A stretch of DNA of 64,000 nt from Psilocybe cubensis (taxonomy: Eukaryota): contig CM039008.1 of assembly GCA_017499595.2 (NCBI GenBank), positions 2,232,001 through 2,296,000 on the forward strand. Direction: 5' to 3'. A program made the translations under genes and the position numbers. Under the pieces are notes generated by a model. The model had not been told where the DNA came from, ran no database searches, and saw only the letters and a list, made by a program, of their open reading frames with translations. Positions 40,179-52,814 of the stretch are shown piece after piece (positions within the stretch are counted from its first letter, which is position 1; the number at the start of each line of letters is the position of its first letter).

Positions 40179-40507
40179 ACTCGAAGGCACGCTTGGTGTT
40201 TGACTATGCTCAATTTACACTTGAGGATTGAAATTTGAAGCACAACTTGTATCATTAAATGATAGTGTTTTTGGCGTACAAAGTTACATAGTAAAGAATC
40301 AGGGAGAACTTGCAGATTCAAAACGAGACACGGATAGGACAATTGAGCTACGAAGAAAACGCAGACCGGACCATAAGGAAGAAACAAAAAAATTCTACCT
40401 GAGTATGTCAATCACGACCATCCTCAGAAAAAAGCGAGTAAACATTTTTGTGGTTTCTGAGTCCACATGCGTCAAACAAGAGGTCAAACTGGACTGATGG
40501 TACGGAA

Positions 40508-43479
40508 TTATGAGGAATTGCATACTGCCCGGGTTGATTGAACACTCGAGTTGACCGTCGACAGTATACTAGTAATGCTAGCGATGCCTGACGAAGTAAT
40601 ACTCTTAGGAATTGATATATTGCGGCGGCTGAATGAGGATGATGGGTCCGGTGGGTTGTAGAATTGAGCGTGCGACGGTTGGCTCGTGGTAGAGGAATTC
40701 TGCTGGTTGCGCCGAGCAGCATTCGATAACATGGTTTCAGGCATAGCTTGTACAGGAGAAGCTGGTCGTTTTGGAGTAGTAGGTAGCGGCGTAACACTCA
40801 AATTAGGGTCTCGCGCCCCTATCACGGCCTGTCTAATCAAGTCCACTGCTTGATTGATTCGTTTAACACTGGCATCTAAACCTACAAATCTCCTATAAAG
40901 AGGCCATTAGTAAGCACACATAGGTAATTTTACAGTGGGCGTTTCACACACCCAATCTCATCCAAAGAATGTACGTCTATATCGTAATTAGATATAAACC
41001 GCTCGACCATTTCAATGCCAATGTATCCTTTGCGTTGAATATGCAGCCTAAAGAGGAATAAATCATTTTCCAGTTGAGATATATCCTGCGGCATATTGTC
41101 GACTTTGACTGATATGGGTGTTGTCGTGCCACTACATGAGCGTACTAAACTGGAAGCAGCTGAGATCTTTCGGAATAATTGGAAAGGTGATACATTCGAT
41201 GCACTCATGCAGGCCAGACTACTAGGACGAGTGGAGTATCTCGATGAAGTTGGGCTTTTAGGAGAGATCGAGGGTGGAACTGAAGGCATCTCATAGTCGT
41301 GCTCTTTCGATAGGATTTTGGAATGTTGGGATGAAGCTTCAGAAAGCTTCACGCAAGAAGATTCCGGTTTGACAACACTGTTCAAAGGCGCCGATGGCTG
41401 CACAAGCGTTTCTTCATCTTCAACTGTGCCAGGAGAGGGTCTTGTCGTCATGATGTGTTCCAGAAGACGCTGCATATTTTCCACTTGTAGTTTGAGATCT
41501 TCTTGATCCTCACGCAGCAATTGTATAGCGGTGGGTGAATCAGCAGGCGCTTGCTGAGTATGGTTGACGTTCAAGCTTCTCCGGAGTTTGACGATCTCTT
41601 CATCACGAGCCTTAATGATTTCACGTAAGGCCACCGCTTCTTCAACGGCCTTGGTGGCTGCTGCTTCTGACTCACGAGCTGTGGCCCTGAGAAAGCGAAG
41701 ACGGAGGTCGGATGAATCAGGCTTGACGTTGAGCTCAGTTATTGTGGTTTTCATGTCGGCAACGAGTTCCAATAGGGTTGTGATCTGCCTGCTCTGAGTC
41801 TCAATAATATTCCACAATCTCCCCGCTTCGTTGTGAGCATTGATCGCCTCTTCTTCGTGTTCCTTGGATAGCACCTGCTGTTCGAGAAGATCCAGCTTGA
41901 TCGAGTTGATGACCTTTTCTGCTTTCCGACCACTTTCATCCTTTGACGCTAATCGATATTCCAACACTTTCTGCTGCTGCTTCAGGTGTAGATTTTCGCG
42001 TCCAAGGGCGTCAAAGTTCTTCTGAAGTTCTGCATGCGCCCACTTCCGGTCGGTTGCAATTGTCTCAAAGTGGGATGCGAGTTGCCCAATGTCGTCTTTA
42101 AATGTTTGGATAATATTCTCGTGTGGGGTAGTAAAAAAAGCGTACGATGGAGGGTTTTGCGATGCTTGATCAGGAGACGTGGGAATGGGGTCTATATTCG
42201 CAGCTCTATTTACTGAACTGCTGCTGGAATCAGAAGGTCTTTGAATAGTTTCCACGGTAACAGACTGGTCGACAGGACAAGGAAACCGAGAAGAGTCTCG
42301 TCTTGAGAGAGCAGGTGATTCAGGTGTCGGAATTTGTTTGGCTACCCGCTTTCGAAGGAGTTTTTCGAAGCATGCCATCCTAGCGGTAGAGAGTTCTGGT
42401 CCAGATTCGACATTGGATTGGTGCCTTTAGAATGTCTTAGGTGATTTCCTTCCATCGTAACCGAAGCATATACAAGACACGTACCATAGTTGTGACAGTT
42501 CAGTAGGATGTACATTGTACTTCAATCTGAAGTCAAGGGCCATTTTTCCGCTGATATGTCGGCAAGATTGGATGTCTTCAATAAAATTACGTATATCCGA
42601 GTCGGCTTGAGGTGAAAGGTCGAAACCCTCTTCAGTATGGTCAGAGACCCCTTCTCTGTCCCAAGTCTCGAAAATCTGTTCCATGCTTTCCAAATCCTCC
42701 GAGGATATTGACGAGGGTACCGAAGATATCAAGGCCTTGTTGAGGCTTCGCACAGTATGCAAACCGACAGCAAAACTTTTGAAGTCATAAAACCCAGTTT
42801 TGGTGTCGATGAGTTTCCTAGATATGCATTAAATAAATTCCTGGAAATGACTATGGAGGAAAATATCTGATGGCCTACATGACTCGATACAGTAACTCGA
42901 ACGAAAGGTCAGGATCCGAAGCCATATAGAGTGACATTACGCTACGCTCTGAAAAACGTAGCGGTGAGAATATTATAACAGCATTAGGGTTTAGAACATA
43001 CTAGGAAGAAGCCCATCAACAGGACTTCTGGAAAAAAAGGCTTCCTTGAACTCAGCCACGTCGGCGGAGGTTACAGGAGGCAACGTTTGCTCAATGGATG
43101 GTGCTTTAGCATCTGAAATGCCTTTGATTTTAGGTAGAGGGCCCTCTGCAAAAAAGTATGCTATAGTGCAAGCAAGGAACAGAGAATGACATAACTCACC
43201 CGTTTTCAATAGCTTCTCATCCAATATCTCTCCTGCCTGAACCCACCCTGCTAATCGGATGACGACTGCGAGCTCTGGTTTTGTCAATTTCCCAGTTCCA
43301 TCTTTGTCTGCAATTGACCATATGTCCCGAATTTGTTTGAAAGATAGACCACTCTGCTTGAAGAGACCAATTGCCGTTTCTACGCCCAAATATTCTGAAG
43401 GATTCCAACTGCCCGTGTTCATTTCCAACAGTCTACTGGCGAGAGCCATTTCTTTGGCGGATGGTATAAAGCATTCCAT
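40508..43479 (-). CDS. Divergent Ede1/Eps15-like protein: three EH-like repeats plus long coiled coil
   Basis: FIPSAKEMALA...LFKQSGLSFKQIRDIWSIADKDGTGKL...RLAGWVQAG...EGPLPKIKG, second and third EH-like repeats, coiled-coil exon 40930-42378. The 3' end is approximate. Confidence 0.8.
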
Positions 43480-43867
43480 GCTCCTCGTTAGGTCTAAGAC
43501 CGAGTAGTTGGGGGTCTTCTGAGTCAAGAGGATTCATAGGTGTGCCATGGGAGCTGGTTCATATTGGATTGTCGTATGCACAGGATCGAAGGATCCTCGA
43601 TAATGCGATGCCTGTCTTACGCATTGATCAGAAAATTTTAGCTTGATAAAGGTTTCTAAGTGATATAGAGAAAAATCTTACCCAGTATAGGTGGGTCATA
43701 TTTTGGACGTGTTGATGGTTAAAGAAAAGCATAGTCGGGACATTGTTCCGCGGAATGAGAAATCTTGGCCCGGTGGCTGTGTCTTCCCCAGACCCTACCA
43801 CAACGAATACCTGCTCGGTGCGACTTGGGTGCCGTGCAACCCTCTGATTCCCTCCCACCCACCCACA

Positions 43868-46531
43868 ATGTTCGAAAATTCTCAGAATCTTTTGATAACC
43901 GGAGGGACATTCACTGCACAGACAATCTTTCCTTCTCGAAATGAGGGACACGAAGGTGCGCAAACTCCGCATACTCGGTATGCCTTCATGTAATAACTGT
44001 TTCGAGCAGGACTTACATCCATACAAGACAAAATTGCTGTGGGAGCCTTTCACAACTCAGCGGAGCGCTATGACCCACCTAAATGCCACCCGAATACGCG
44101 CGAGATTGTTCTCAAGAAAATCATGGACTGGGTGAGAGACGCCAACAACTTCTTCATGTGGTTGTATGGTCCTGCTGGCGCCGGCAAATCTGCAATTGCG
44201 CAGACCATTGCCGATATGTGCTACACTGAGGGACTGTTAGTCGCGAGTTTCTTTTTCTCTAGAAATTCAGTGAACCGGAAAGACGAAACACTGTTGATTA
44301 CAACTATTGCGTATCAGCTCTCCATCGCCATTCCAGAGACCCGCGAACGAATCGGAAAGGCCGTCGAGCTTGATCCTATGATACTGTCAAAGTCTCTAGA
44401 AGCTCAGATACAGTCACTTATTGTGGAACCTTTGAATGAAGCAGCCCTAGAGGACCGATCAACAACATCACGACCAAGGCTTATCATCATAGACGGCCTG
44501 GACGAGTGCGGCGTGCCCAAAGTACAACGCTACATTCTTGATACTTTGCTCTCTGCTTCCCAAAAGCTCTGTCTTCCTCTACTTTTTCTCATAGCAAGTC
44601 GGCCAGATCCTCATATTCGTGATGCTTTCAATCAGGACCTGTTAAACTCACTGACGACCCGCATAGTTCTTGATGATTCCTACCAACCCGACGATGATAT
44701 CAGAGTATTCCTTCTCTCCAGATTCAATGATGTCAAGAGGAAACACCCGACTCTTATGCATCGTCGCCCTCCCTGGCCTGCGCCAATGGATGTTGAGCTT
44801 CTCGTACAAAAATCATCCGGTCAATTCATCTATGCTTCAACAGTCATGAAATATGTTGATTCACACCATCACTGGCCTCCTGACCGACTAGATATTGCAT
44901 TCGGGCTATCTATGACAGACGATAATACACCTCTTGCCGAGCTAGATAGGTTCTACCATCACATTCTTTCCTCTGTGGCGGACATCGGCAGAGTGATAGA
45001 TTTCTTCATGTTTCTCTTGCTTGTTCAATTCTGGACCAAAACAAGGAACATCGTAGAAGATTTCTTGTTCCTCAGACGGGGTGAACTGGACATTGTCCTT
45101 TGTGATCTCCATTCCCTTGTTTCGATACCCGAGCCAGAAGATGAATCCACTGAGCTGAGGGTCTTCCATGCATCCTTTCCTGACTTTCTGCTCGATCGCT
45201 CTCGCTCTGGAAAATTCCACCTCAATGCCGCCAGTGCGTCTGCCAGGATCGTGAGGTACTGCATACGCCACTTCAAAGATCCCAACGTCATGTGCCAAGG
45301 TATGAAGTACCACAACATTCTCGTCTCTAGAAAATAAAATAATGAATCGATTTGCTCACAACTCTCAGACGGGATCAACCACCATAACATCCGTTCACTG
45401 TTCATGCTTCAAATTTTGACAGCAGAAATAACCACCCAACTCTTGGACGATGTGTGTGACGTCGACATGGGTATGCAGTTATCATTTTGGACATCCGACG
45501 ACAATGTTATTGGGGTGTACGAGCACGATAACAAGCGACTCATTTCCTTTCTGATGTGGCTGGCATCGCAGGTCCGTTAACCTATGCGATTACTTTGATA
45601 CCATCATAGTCTCACATACATCAGCATCATCGTGGAATGTCGTTACTGCGTTTTTTCAATGGCCCAGTGGACCAATGGATTCTCAGCAGAATTCGGGATT
45701 ATCCCCACCAATATCTATTTAACCTGCTTCTTACAGCAGGAACTTTAACCAATTTTACCACTACAGATATATTCACCATTCTGGGACCCGAGTCTGTGGC
45801 GACCATGGATATCAATTCCAGCATCCAAAAACCCCGACGTTTCGATCCTCTTCAAATTTATTCCCCAAAGGACGAATACAAACCTTTCTATAGCATATTA
45901 ACCGAGTTTCTGAGAGACGCTAGTCGGTCAAAGGATTTTTACGTTGGTGAAAACCATTATGCAACACTCTCTATTTATGTTGCTGTGTTTCTCATCCACA
46001 ACATGTAAGTCCGTGCTTGCTACAATCAATTCACCGCTCAGCGGTTATGGCAGAATGAGGCCACCACCGGTTAATACCAATCCTCAGACGATGTATGTGT
46101 TCCAACCTCATCATATATATTAGTTGATTATCTCATTTACCTTGTAGACACCCGAGAGCTAGTCAGGAGGCCCAAAAGCTAGGTTGTTACCTGCTTACAG
46201 AGAGCCTACTTAAGTCACCGAATTCGCCAGACCTTGCCAGAGTATTGCAAAATTACAACCCAAGGATAGAATCCATTGCACCACTCAACGAGGATATTGA
46301 AAAATCCGTTGGTGCAGCTTTTGAGTATTTAAGGGTATGCTGCTCTCTCCAAATTGATCATATCTGTTAACAGTCGACCTACAGAGATTCCAAAACAGAG
46401 GCAATCCGGACACGCTCCTCTACATTGCTTACCAGAACATGAAAAGAGAAATCCCAAGTCCTAATGGGTATATTACTTGGAGACCACCATCGCTACTCGT
46501 CGGGTTGTTGGATTATGATGTGACATTTTAG
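43868..46531 (+). CDS. Fungal NLR-like NACHT NTPase (NWD2-like) with short N-terminal motif and non-repeat C-terminus
   Basis: GAFHNSAERYDPPKCHPNTR, Walker A GPAGAGKS, ASFFFSR, Walker B IIIDGLDEC, IASRP, SSGQFIYASTV, FHASFPDFLLDRSRS. The 3' exons were reconstructed by eye. Confidence 0.9.
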
Positions 46532-46636
46532 CATCCACATATTCAATATTTAGTCTCCAACTACGACAACAAGCGGTACGTGGATAATTTCGGATAGTGA
46601 TCAGGCAAAGTGAATGCTAAGTCTTCCTAAAGTCTC

Positions 46637-47600
46637 TCAATCGTAGAAAACGAGGGCTCTTAACTCGATCGATTCTCTCAGAGGCGTTCCCTCGGGTGTG
46701 TTTGGATCACTGAAACCCGTATGAGGAGTGAAAATGGCAACGCTGCCATCTTGCACCGAATCGAAGCTAGAAGACGAGATCAATTACGTGCACTCAACCT
46801 TAGAAGACGTCAGCACGCACCATTTTATAAGAACAATCTCTTCCGGAGTCATTCCATGCAAATACTTCCACTTGTGGTTTGGGTTGTATTTCACACCGAG
46901 CGTCTCCCCCTCGCGATCATCATACACAAGAGCCACGGGCACGGTGTCGTTTGGTTCAACACTTCGATAATCGCACAGAGCTAATGGCCAATCAATGGCA
47001 GGGTGTCCAATTGGCCTCCATAGGTTGATAATTTGGAAACGTTTCTCGAGAAGTTTAGGTGCATCTGAGGCCGGCAGGTGTCGGTGTACCCGAGCGATGG
47101 ACGATCTTGTCGTTTGGTCTACATGGACTTGGGCTACAGGCTGGCGGCGGTCAGGGTGGTCGTCAACCTGCCCAGGACGTCTGCGACGGATGGCTATACG
47201 AGTAAATGGAACAATGAATTACTTATTTCAATTTGAGTGAGAAGCCGCGGGGCGTACTATGATCAAACAACTCGACCCGGCTAGCCCCTGTCAATTTTTT
47301 GATGAGTTCGATACTCTCTGGGTAGTATTGCGAGTAGATTTCTTCATCGTTGGCGAAGGATGTATGTTTCGACGTGTGTCTAAAGTATTGGAATCCGGTG
47401 GTATCCAAAGAGACGGTATCCTCCTTGCCACGAAGATTCTCTATGACCATCTCCTTTTCCTCGCGTGTGAAATTCTTCTTACGCTCCCCAGTTGCAGAAT
47501 CGGCGTTGATATGCTGGAAAGCTCGCACTCCGCCCTCAGGTTCGACGAAATAGAGAAGCTTTGCGGTGGTAAACGCGGGGGTGTCGTTTGCAGCTGACAT
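46637..47600 (-). CDS. AsaB/CmcJ-like (7alpha-cephem-methoxylase P8 family) non-heme iron oxidoreductase
   Basis: SLDTTGFQY, YYPESIELIKKLTGASRVELFDH, VHVDQT, FQIINLWRPI..DWPLALCDYRSV, TPHTGF, RESIELRALVFYD-stop. Confidence 0.88.
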
Positions 47601-48008
47601 TGCCTTGTTCAAACTTCAGATCGAAGGTGAGAGGATGTGGGTAGAATATTAACTGTGAGATCCATGCCTTTCACAGCTTTATATAGTCAGATGTTCCGAT
47701 TATTAAACGTGTATAGCCAACTTCCAGACGTAATGGATGAGAAAGACTGTGTCAAAACAATCCGTGTGAGTTCATCTCCTACACTTCTTGCGTGCTTGAG
47801 TTGAGACCAAGATAGGGGCAGCTGACTTAGCCTCTTACATAACCAACCACCCGCTTACAAACTACCTTATGCCGAGCCTAAGCCGAGCCACGGGAAGTGA
47901 CGGCTGCTGCAAATCGCATTAGATGCGGGCCCTATTACTAAACCAAAAGTGCCAGCAAAATGCCATTGCGAGTTCTTTTTTTCAATTTAGCTTCAGCTTG
48001 AGACTATC

Positions 48009-49394
48009 ATGTCTGCATCCGTTATTCCAACGGCGTTGGAACCTCGGGAGGTATTCTGGCGCGACAACCAACCATGGCTTCTCTCATGCGGATACCAGCT
48101 TCGCCCTCGTTTCCAACCAGACTGGATACCGTCCTGGATCACGAATCCAAATTCTAAAAAGTCTCTGCTAGACACGGAGGATTATATTCGTAGAGCGGTG
48201 TGTCTGTTTTCAATTGACCCAGACATAATATCTCATTGATTATCGTTCAGCATACACCAGTCATGGACGCCATTAGGCTGACTGACAAAAAAGGTGTAAT
48301 GATGAAAAAAGTGAAAAAGCAAGATAACAAATGGGATACAGAGCTTGCTATCGCCCAATATGTATCTTCACCCGAGCTTCTAAGTCACCCAGATAACCAT
48401 TGCGTACCAATCTATGAGGTTTTAGACATTCCGAGTGATAACGACCACGTTATCATCGTGATGCCGCTCCTATACCCATTCCATCTTACGCGTTTCGATA
48501 CTATCGGGGAATGTTTAGATTTCTTCCATCAAATATTCAAGGTATACTTCACAATTGTGCTTTCAAACTATTAACGATTATCTAACAAGCCTTTAGGGAT
48601 TGCAATTTCTACATCATCACCACATAGCGCACCGGTAAGCTAAGCCTATAGAATCCATTTAAGCGTAAGTTCCACTATTTCAGAGATTGTACAGAGAACA
48701 ATGTCATGATGGACCCAACAGAGATGTACCCGGAAGGATTCCATCCTGTCGAATACCAGTCAAATCGAGACCTCACTGGTAGAGCTTATCAGAAGTACAC
48801 AAGAACTGAGAGGCCCCCAAAGTACTATTGGATCGACTTTGGACTATCAGTTCGATTTGACAAGTCCGATAAGTTTCCACAGGCGATTACCCTTCGAGGA
48901 GGTGATAAATCTGCCCCTGAATTCCGAGATTTGGCAAACGTGTATACAAAGCGAGATCCTTTCCCAACGGATATCTACTACCTGGGAAATCTTATCAGAA
49001 TGTTCTTCACAGAGGTATCGTCGTCATACATGTCTTCACTTCTCATGCTGCTTCATTACTAAACACATATTGTCCCTCTCAGGGCCACCCCCTCATTATC
49101 TACGGTTTCAAACCAGGCTTGCATTTCATGAAACCTCTTGTTGCAGCAATGGTACAAGAAAATATGAGCAAGCGACCGACAATCGACCAATGTGTAACGC
49201 ACCTTGAGGAGATTATTCGCTCTCAAAGCGCCTGTACTCTTCGATCCCAGGTTTGGCACAGTAACGACGATGTTTTTGAATATCTCATACGTTTCTTCCC
49301 TCACTGGGCGCGCCGCCTGAAATTTATGATTACGCGGACACCTCCAGTGCCATCGTGGAATCGGAGACCGAGGTCTACCCGGAAAGAGACTTAG
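48009..49394 (+). CDS. Agaricomycete-specific AgaK1-type protein kinase, copy 1
   Basis: FWRDNQPWLLSCGYQLRPRFQPDWIPSW, HPDNHCVP, IAHR|DCTENNVMMD, YWIDFGLS, GGDKSAPE, DPFPTDIYYLGN. Confidence 0.9.
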
Positions 49395-49961
49395 AGTATG
49401 TTGGTGACATCATGTCGAATGTTTACCGTTCTTGTTCATGCTTGAGCTTCATGTACTATCTGCTTTTTTCTCTGTCAATCTATGTCAGCTTCATCTTATT
49501 ACTATTGAAAACGCTTATATGTTGATACATACACTTCTAGACCATATAAATGACAAGAAGTTTCCCGGAATACTAACGGAAACGGCGCAACCTGCTCCGC
49601 GGGATCTATAAATAACCTAGTTAAGGAGGCATTTTTGCGGCTACCCTTTGGTTCGAATCCGATGATTTAACTGCGTTATATTTGCAGGTGCAATGAGCAG
49701 GCTGTGAAGGCTATTCTACATATACAGAAAATGCAAGTAATGGTACAATATTACGCGATTGCGATATTAAACATGACTATGGAGAATTAAAATTGGAGTG
49801 GTACTAAATAAACAGTGCAGGAAAAGGCAAATTGGGATGCTGTACATGAAACAATGAGCAAAATGAAACAATGAGCAAATTGAAAGCTGGGTAAAAACTG
49901 AGCGACTAATGTACATCAGCGGGTTATACAGAGATATGGAAAAAGAAGTTGAACGTGAATC

Positions 49962-52814
49962 CTATGAACGATTGATAGTGACACTGAGGTCGGACAAGTA
50001 GACACAGATATCTTGCTTAATCCGTTCAGCCAAAGACAAGTGGCAGTCGGGTATTTGAAGCATTAGTCGTTGAAGCCGCCATGAAGCGAGAACCTCTTGG
50101 TTCTGAAGCAAGATATGAGAGATTTCGGACTAGGAATATGTTATCACAATGGTCTTTTTATATCACAGTTAGAGACTTACTTCACCGCGATCCGCTGATA
50201 TTCTCATACAGTCTATCTTGAGAGTCTTCAAACTAGGCAATAGAAACGCGAAGTCGACAATGAGCTGGACAGAGAATGTGTATAGTCTCATGTTTAAGTC
50301 AGTGATGCTAGATTGTTGGAGACTGGCGGTGATGCTGGAAGAGCGAAGAACATCCCAAACTTCACTGTAAGATAATACACGGTCTGTCAACGTCAACGAA
50401 TCGAGCGTCGAGCTGTGCATATCGATGAACCTAATGAAAGTATCCAATGGAGCACGTAAGGGACGGAGCGACATTCCAATGCGGCGAAGTTGAGGGAAAG
50501 GGGTGTGGATAGAATTTAAAATCCTTTGAATCCAGTTGATGAGATCGGGGTCTCCTGCTTTGGTGCGAGGAGTGCATCGGCTGGAGAACAAATCAAGTTC
50601 GTTCAGCGTTGCACGGTGTCTCTTCAAGAAGTGAACAAACGTGTTGGGGTCGGAAAGATGGCCCCCGTCAAACGGAATGGAGAGGCAGACTTTTTTTAGC
50701 AACGGAAATCGCCCCATTTTCCGAAATACGCGGCTGACGTCCAATTCCTGGGAGGAATGGGTGGAGAGAAAAGTGAGGGAAGATAACGAGTCCTTCAGAT
50801 TATTGAGAAAGACAACAAAGCCATCGTAAAGACCGTTGATTTCTCTGAACGAAAGGGATCCCGTGCTGAAATGAAATGCAAAAGTGTCCAATTTGGGAAG
50901 GCGTACTCGGGCGAGCGAGTTGAGCATGGAGGGAGGGACCTTGAGAGTGAGCTTTACCAAATGGCTTGACCAGGATTCCAGAACTGGGGCCAAAAATGCG
51001 GTATAGAGCTCAGGATGATATCCAAGAGAGTCATCCCAATCAATCGCGTATTCTGCTACCTGCGTCATTTGTTTGAATGCGGCATTAATCCTGATGAGGT
51101 CCTTGTTCAGTCGCTTCTGGAGACGTTGGTCGGCTTTCTTCTTCGTATAATATGGATCTAGGAGTTCAAGGAATTGGACGATAAAGTTTTCTGTGCGACT
51201 GCGAGGCGATTTGGTACGAGGTTGTACCAACCACGGATGAATTTCCACCTTCTTGACGTGGATCGCGACATGCGGATCGCTACAAGGTGTTACATCTATG
51301 TTAAAAGGTTTCGCTGAAGTAAACGCAAAGAACATACCAAAGATGTGATAATAACCTTTTCATCTCCTTGTCTCGCTTCACTATCTCCAGTGTGGCGTAG
51401 CGCGATTTCATCCATGCTTCGTATAGGACGGGGTGGCAGCTATTGATCATCAGCAAAAGTGCTCGGATCCCCAAATGCCTTGACAAGGCATTTGGAGGCG
51501 TCCAAAGGCCCTAATGCCCGAAAGGCATTGTGCGGTTCGTAACGAGAGACTCCGAAGACTGAAAGGCTTCGAATTATTTATTCCAAGGAAATGATTTAGG
51601 TAGTACTAAATATAGCCAAATCATTTGGTTAAAATTTGAGAGTGTCCGTAACATTTAGGCAACATTTGGGAGTCCCAAAAACATTTGGCAAACATTTGCC
51701 AGTGTTTAAATGTTTTACACTGTTCACATGGTTCCTTATTTAGTGGATCCCTCAGATTATCATAGCAAGTAAAAAGAACTTGTTGCATTAAGAAAACTTA
51801 TACTACAACATGACTCCAAAAGGTACAGAGAAGCGAGAAAGTGGTTAAATAACAAAATGATGCTGAGATGATGTCATCAATAGATGGTACCCATGAATTA
51901 TAGGAGCTACTTTGGTTGCACGATGTAAGCAAGGTGTGTGTGCAGAAGTGCGCATATACTCACCTAAAAGTTTGGGACCTAGTGAATGATTATATACCAA
52001 GCCGGATATCCAGTAGATCTAAGGCAGAAGGAGAACGGTCTACGGAAAGGCAGATACATGGTCAGTTGAGGATGATCTAATCAGAAAGGAAGTGGCAGAA
52101 TTACCTGTGAGTTAGATTCAGCTATGATATACGAAGACTTAGAGTTGAAAAGTCCAAGCCCAAGTCCCACCAAGCGTCGCCGGAGTAGTGAACATGAGAG
52201 TATGTGGAAAGAAAGAAACAGGGGTTGAAAGAGATTATTATGCACAAACAAACAAATATTTGATCTCCGATTCACTCCGATTCACGCTGATCGCATTGTG
52301 ACTTCGTTGACAGTCGAGAAATTGTACAGACCGGGTGACCAACTGTACAGAATTCTAATTAGAACTAATGTGGCTGTATAGCCAGTAAATTTTGGTGTGG
52401 ATGAATTATTTCATCAGCATTTGAAAGTCCTGTAAACATTTCTCATAACCGAAGTGTAAAACCAAATGTTTTGTGACCTCTTTTAATTTTGTTAAATGAT
52501 TCCTTCAAGGTTGCACAGTGTACGAATTTTTTTTTGTAAATTGTAGTTACTAGAAATTATTTGGTGCTTGTTTTGTGCTTCAAAAATGTTTGTGGGGCCT
52601 CCAAATGACCACCAAATGATTTGAGTGTTCCCAAATGTTGCCCAAATGTTTTGCGTGACATTATTGTGTCACGTAAAACATTGGCATGCCTTATAAGGCT
52701 CCCAAGGCATTTGGGGGTCTGGTCACTTTTGCTGATGATCCGTTCCAAGTCTTCGGTAGTGATGAATTGGAGAACGTGGTGCCAAATGTCCTCGTTCAGC
52801 ACACACTTGGCCAT
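49962..52814 (-). pseudogene. F-box-like / LRR-like protein gene disrupted by a 1.29-kb insertion inside the F-box-like motif
   Basis: Removing the insert restores MAKCVLNEDIWHHVLQFITTEDLERI|NSCHPVLYEAWMKSRY; downstream LxxLxL repeats (LVKLTL, LPKLDTF, LSSLTF, LNELDL, LDSLTL, LKTLKI). Confidence 0.8.
51448..52737. mobile_element. Non-autonomous TIR element, CACTA/CMC-like architecture
   Basis: Termini CATCAGCAAAAGTG...CACTTTTGCTGATG with ~35-bp imperfect TIR. Flanks parse as AT (2-bp) or GATC (4-bp) TSD. Many AACATTTGG / CCAAATG subterminal repeats, oppositely oriented at the two ends. Confidence 0.88.

Noticed and set aside
229-47600. A complete secondary-metabolite gene cluster
   Set aside because: Only tailoring-type enzymes, interspersed with housekeeping genes; no backbone synthase visible.
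49610-49670. Perfect Pol III B-box GGTTCGAATCC suggesting a tRNA
   Set aside because: No full cloverleaf: too short, weak T-stem, no convincing D/anticodon arms. At most a relic or TFIIIC site; tRNAscan-SE would settle it.
49846-49879. 17-bp exact tandem duplication
   Set aside because: Ordinary slippage in a 3' intergenic region.
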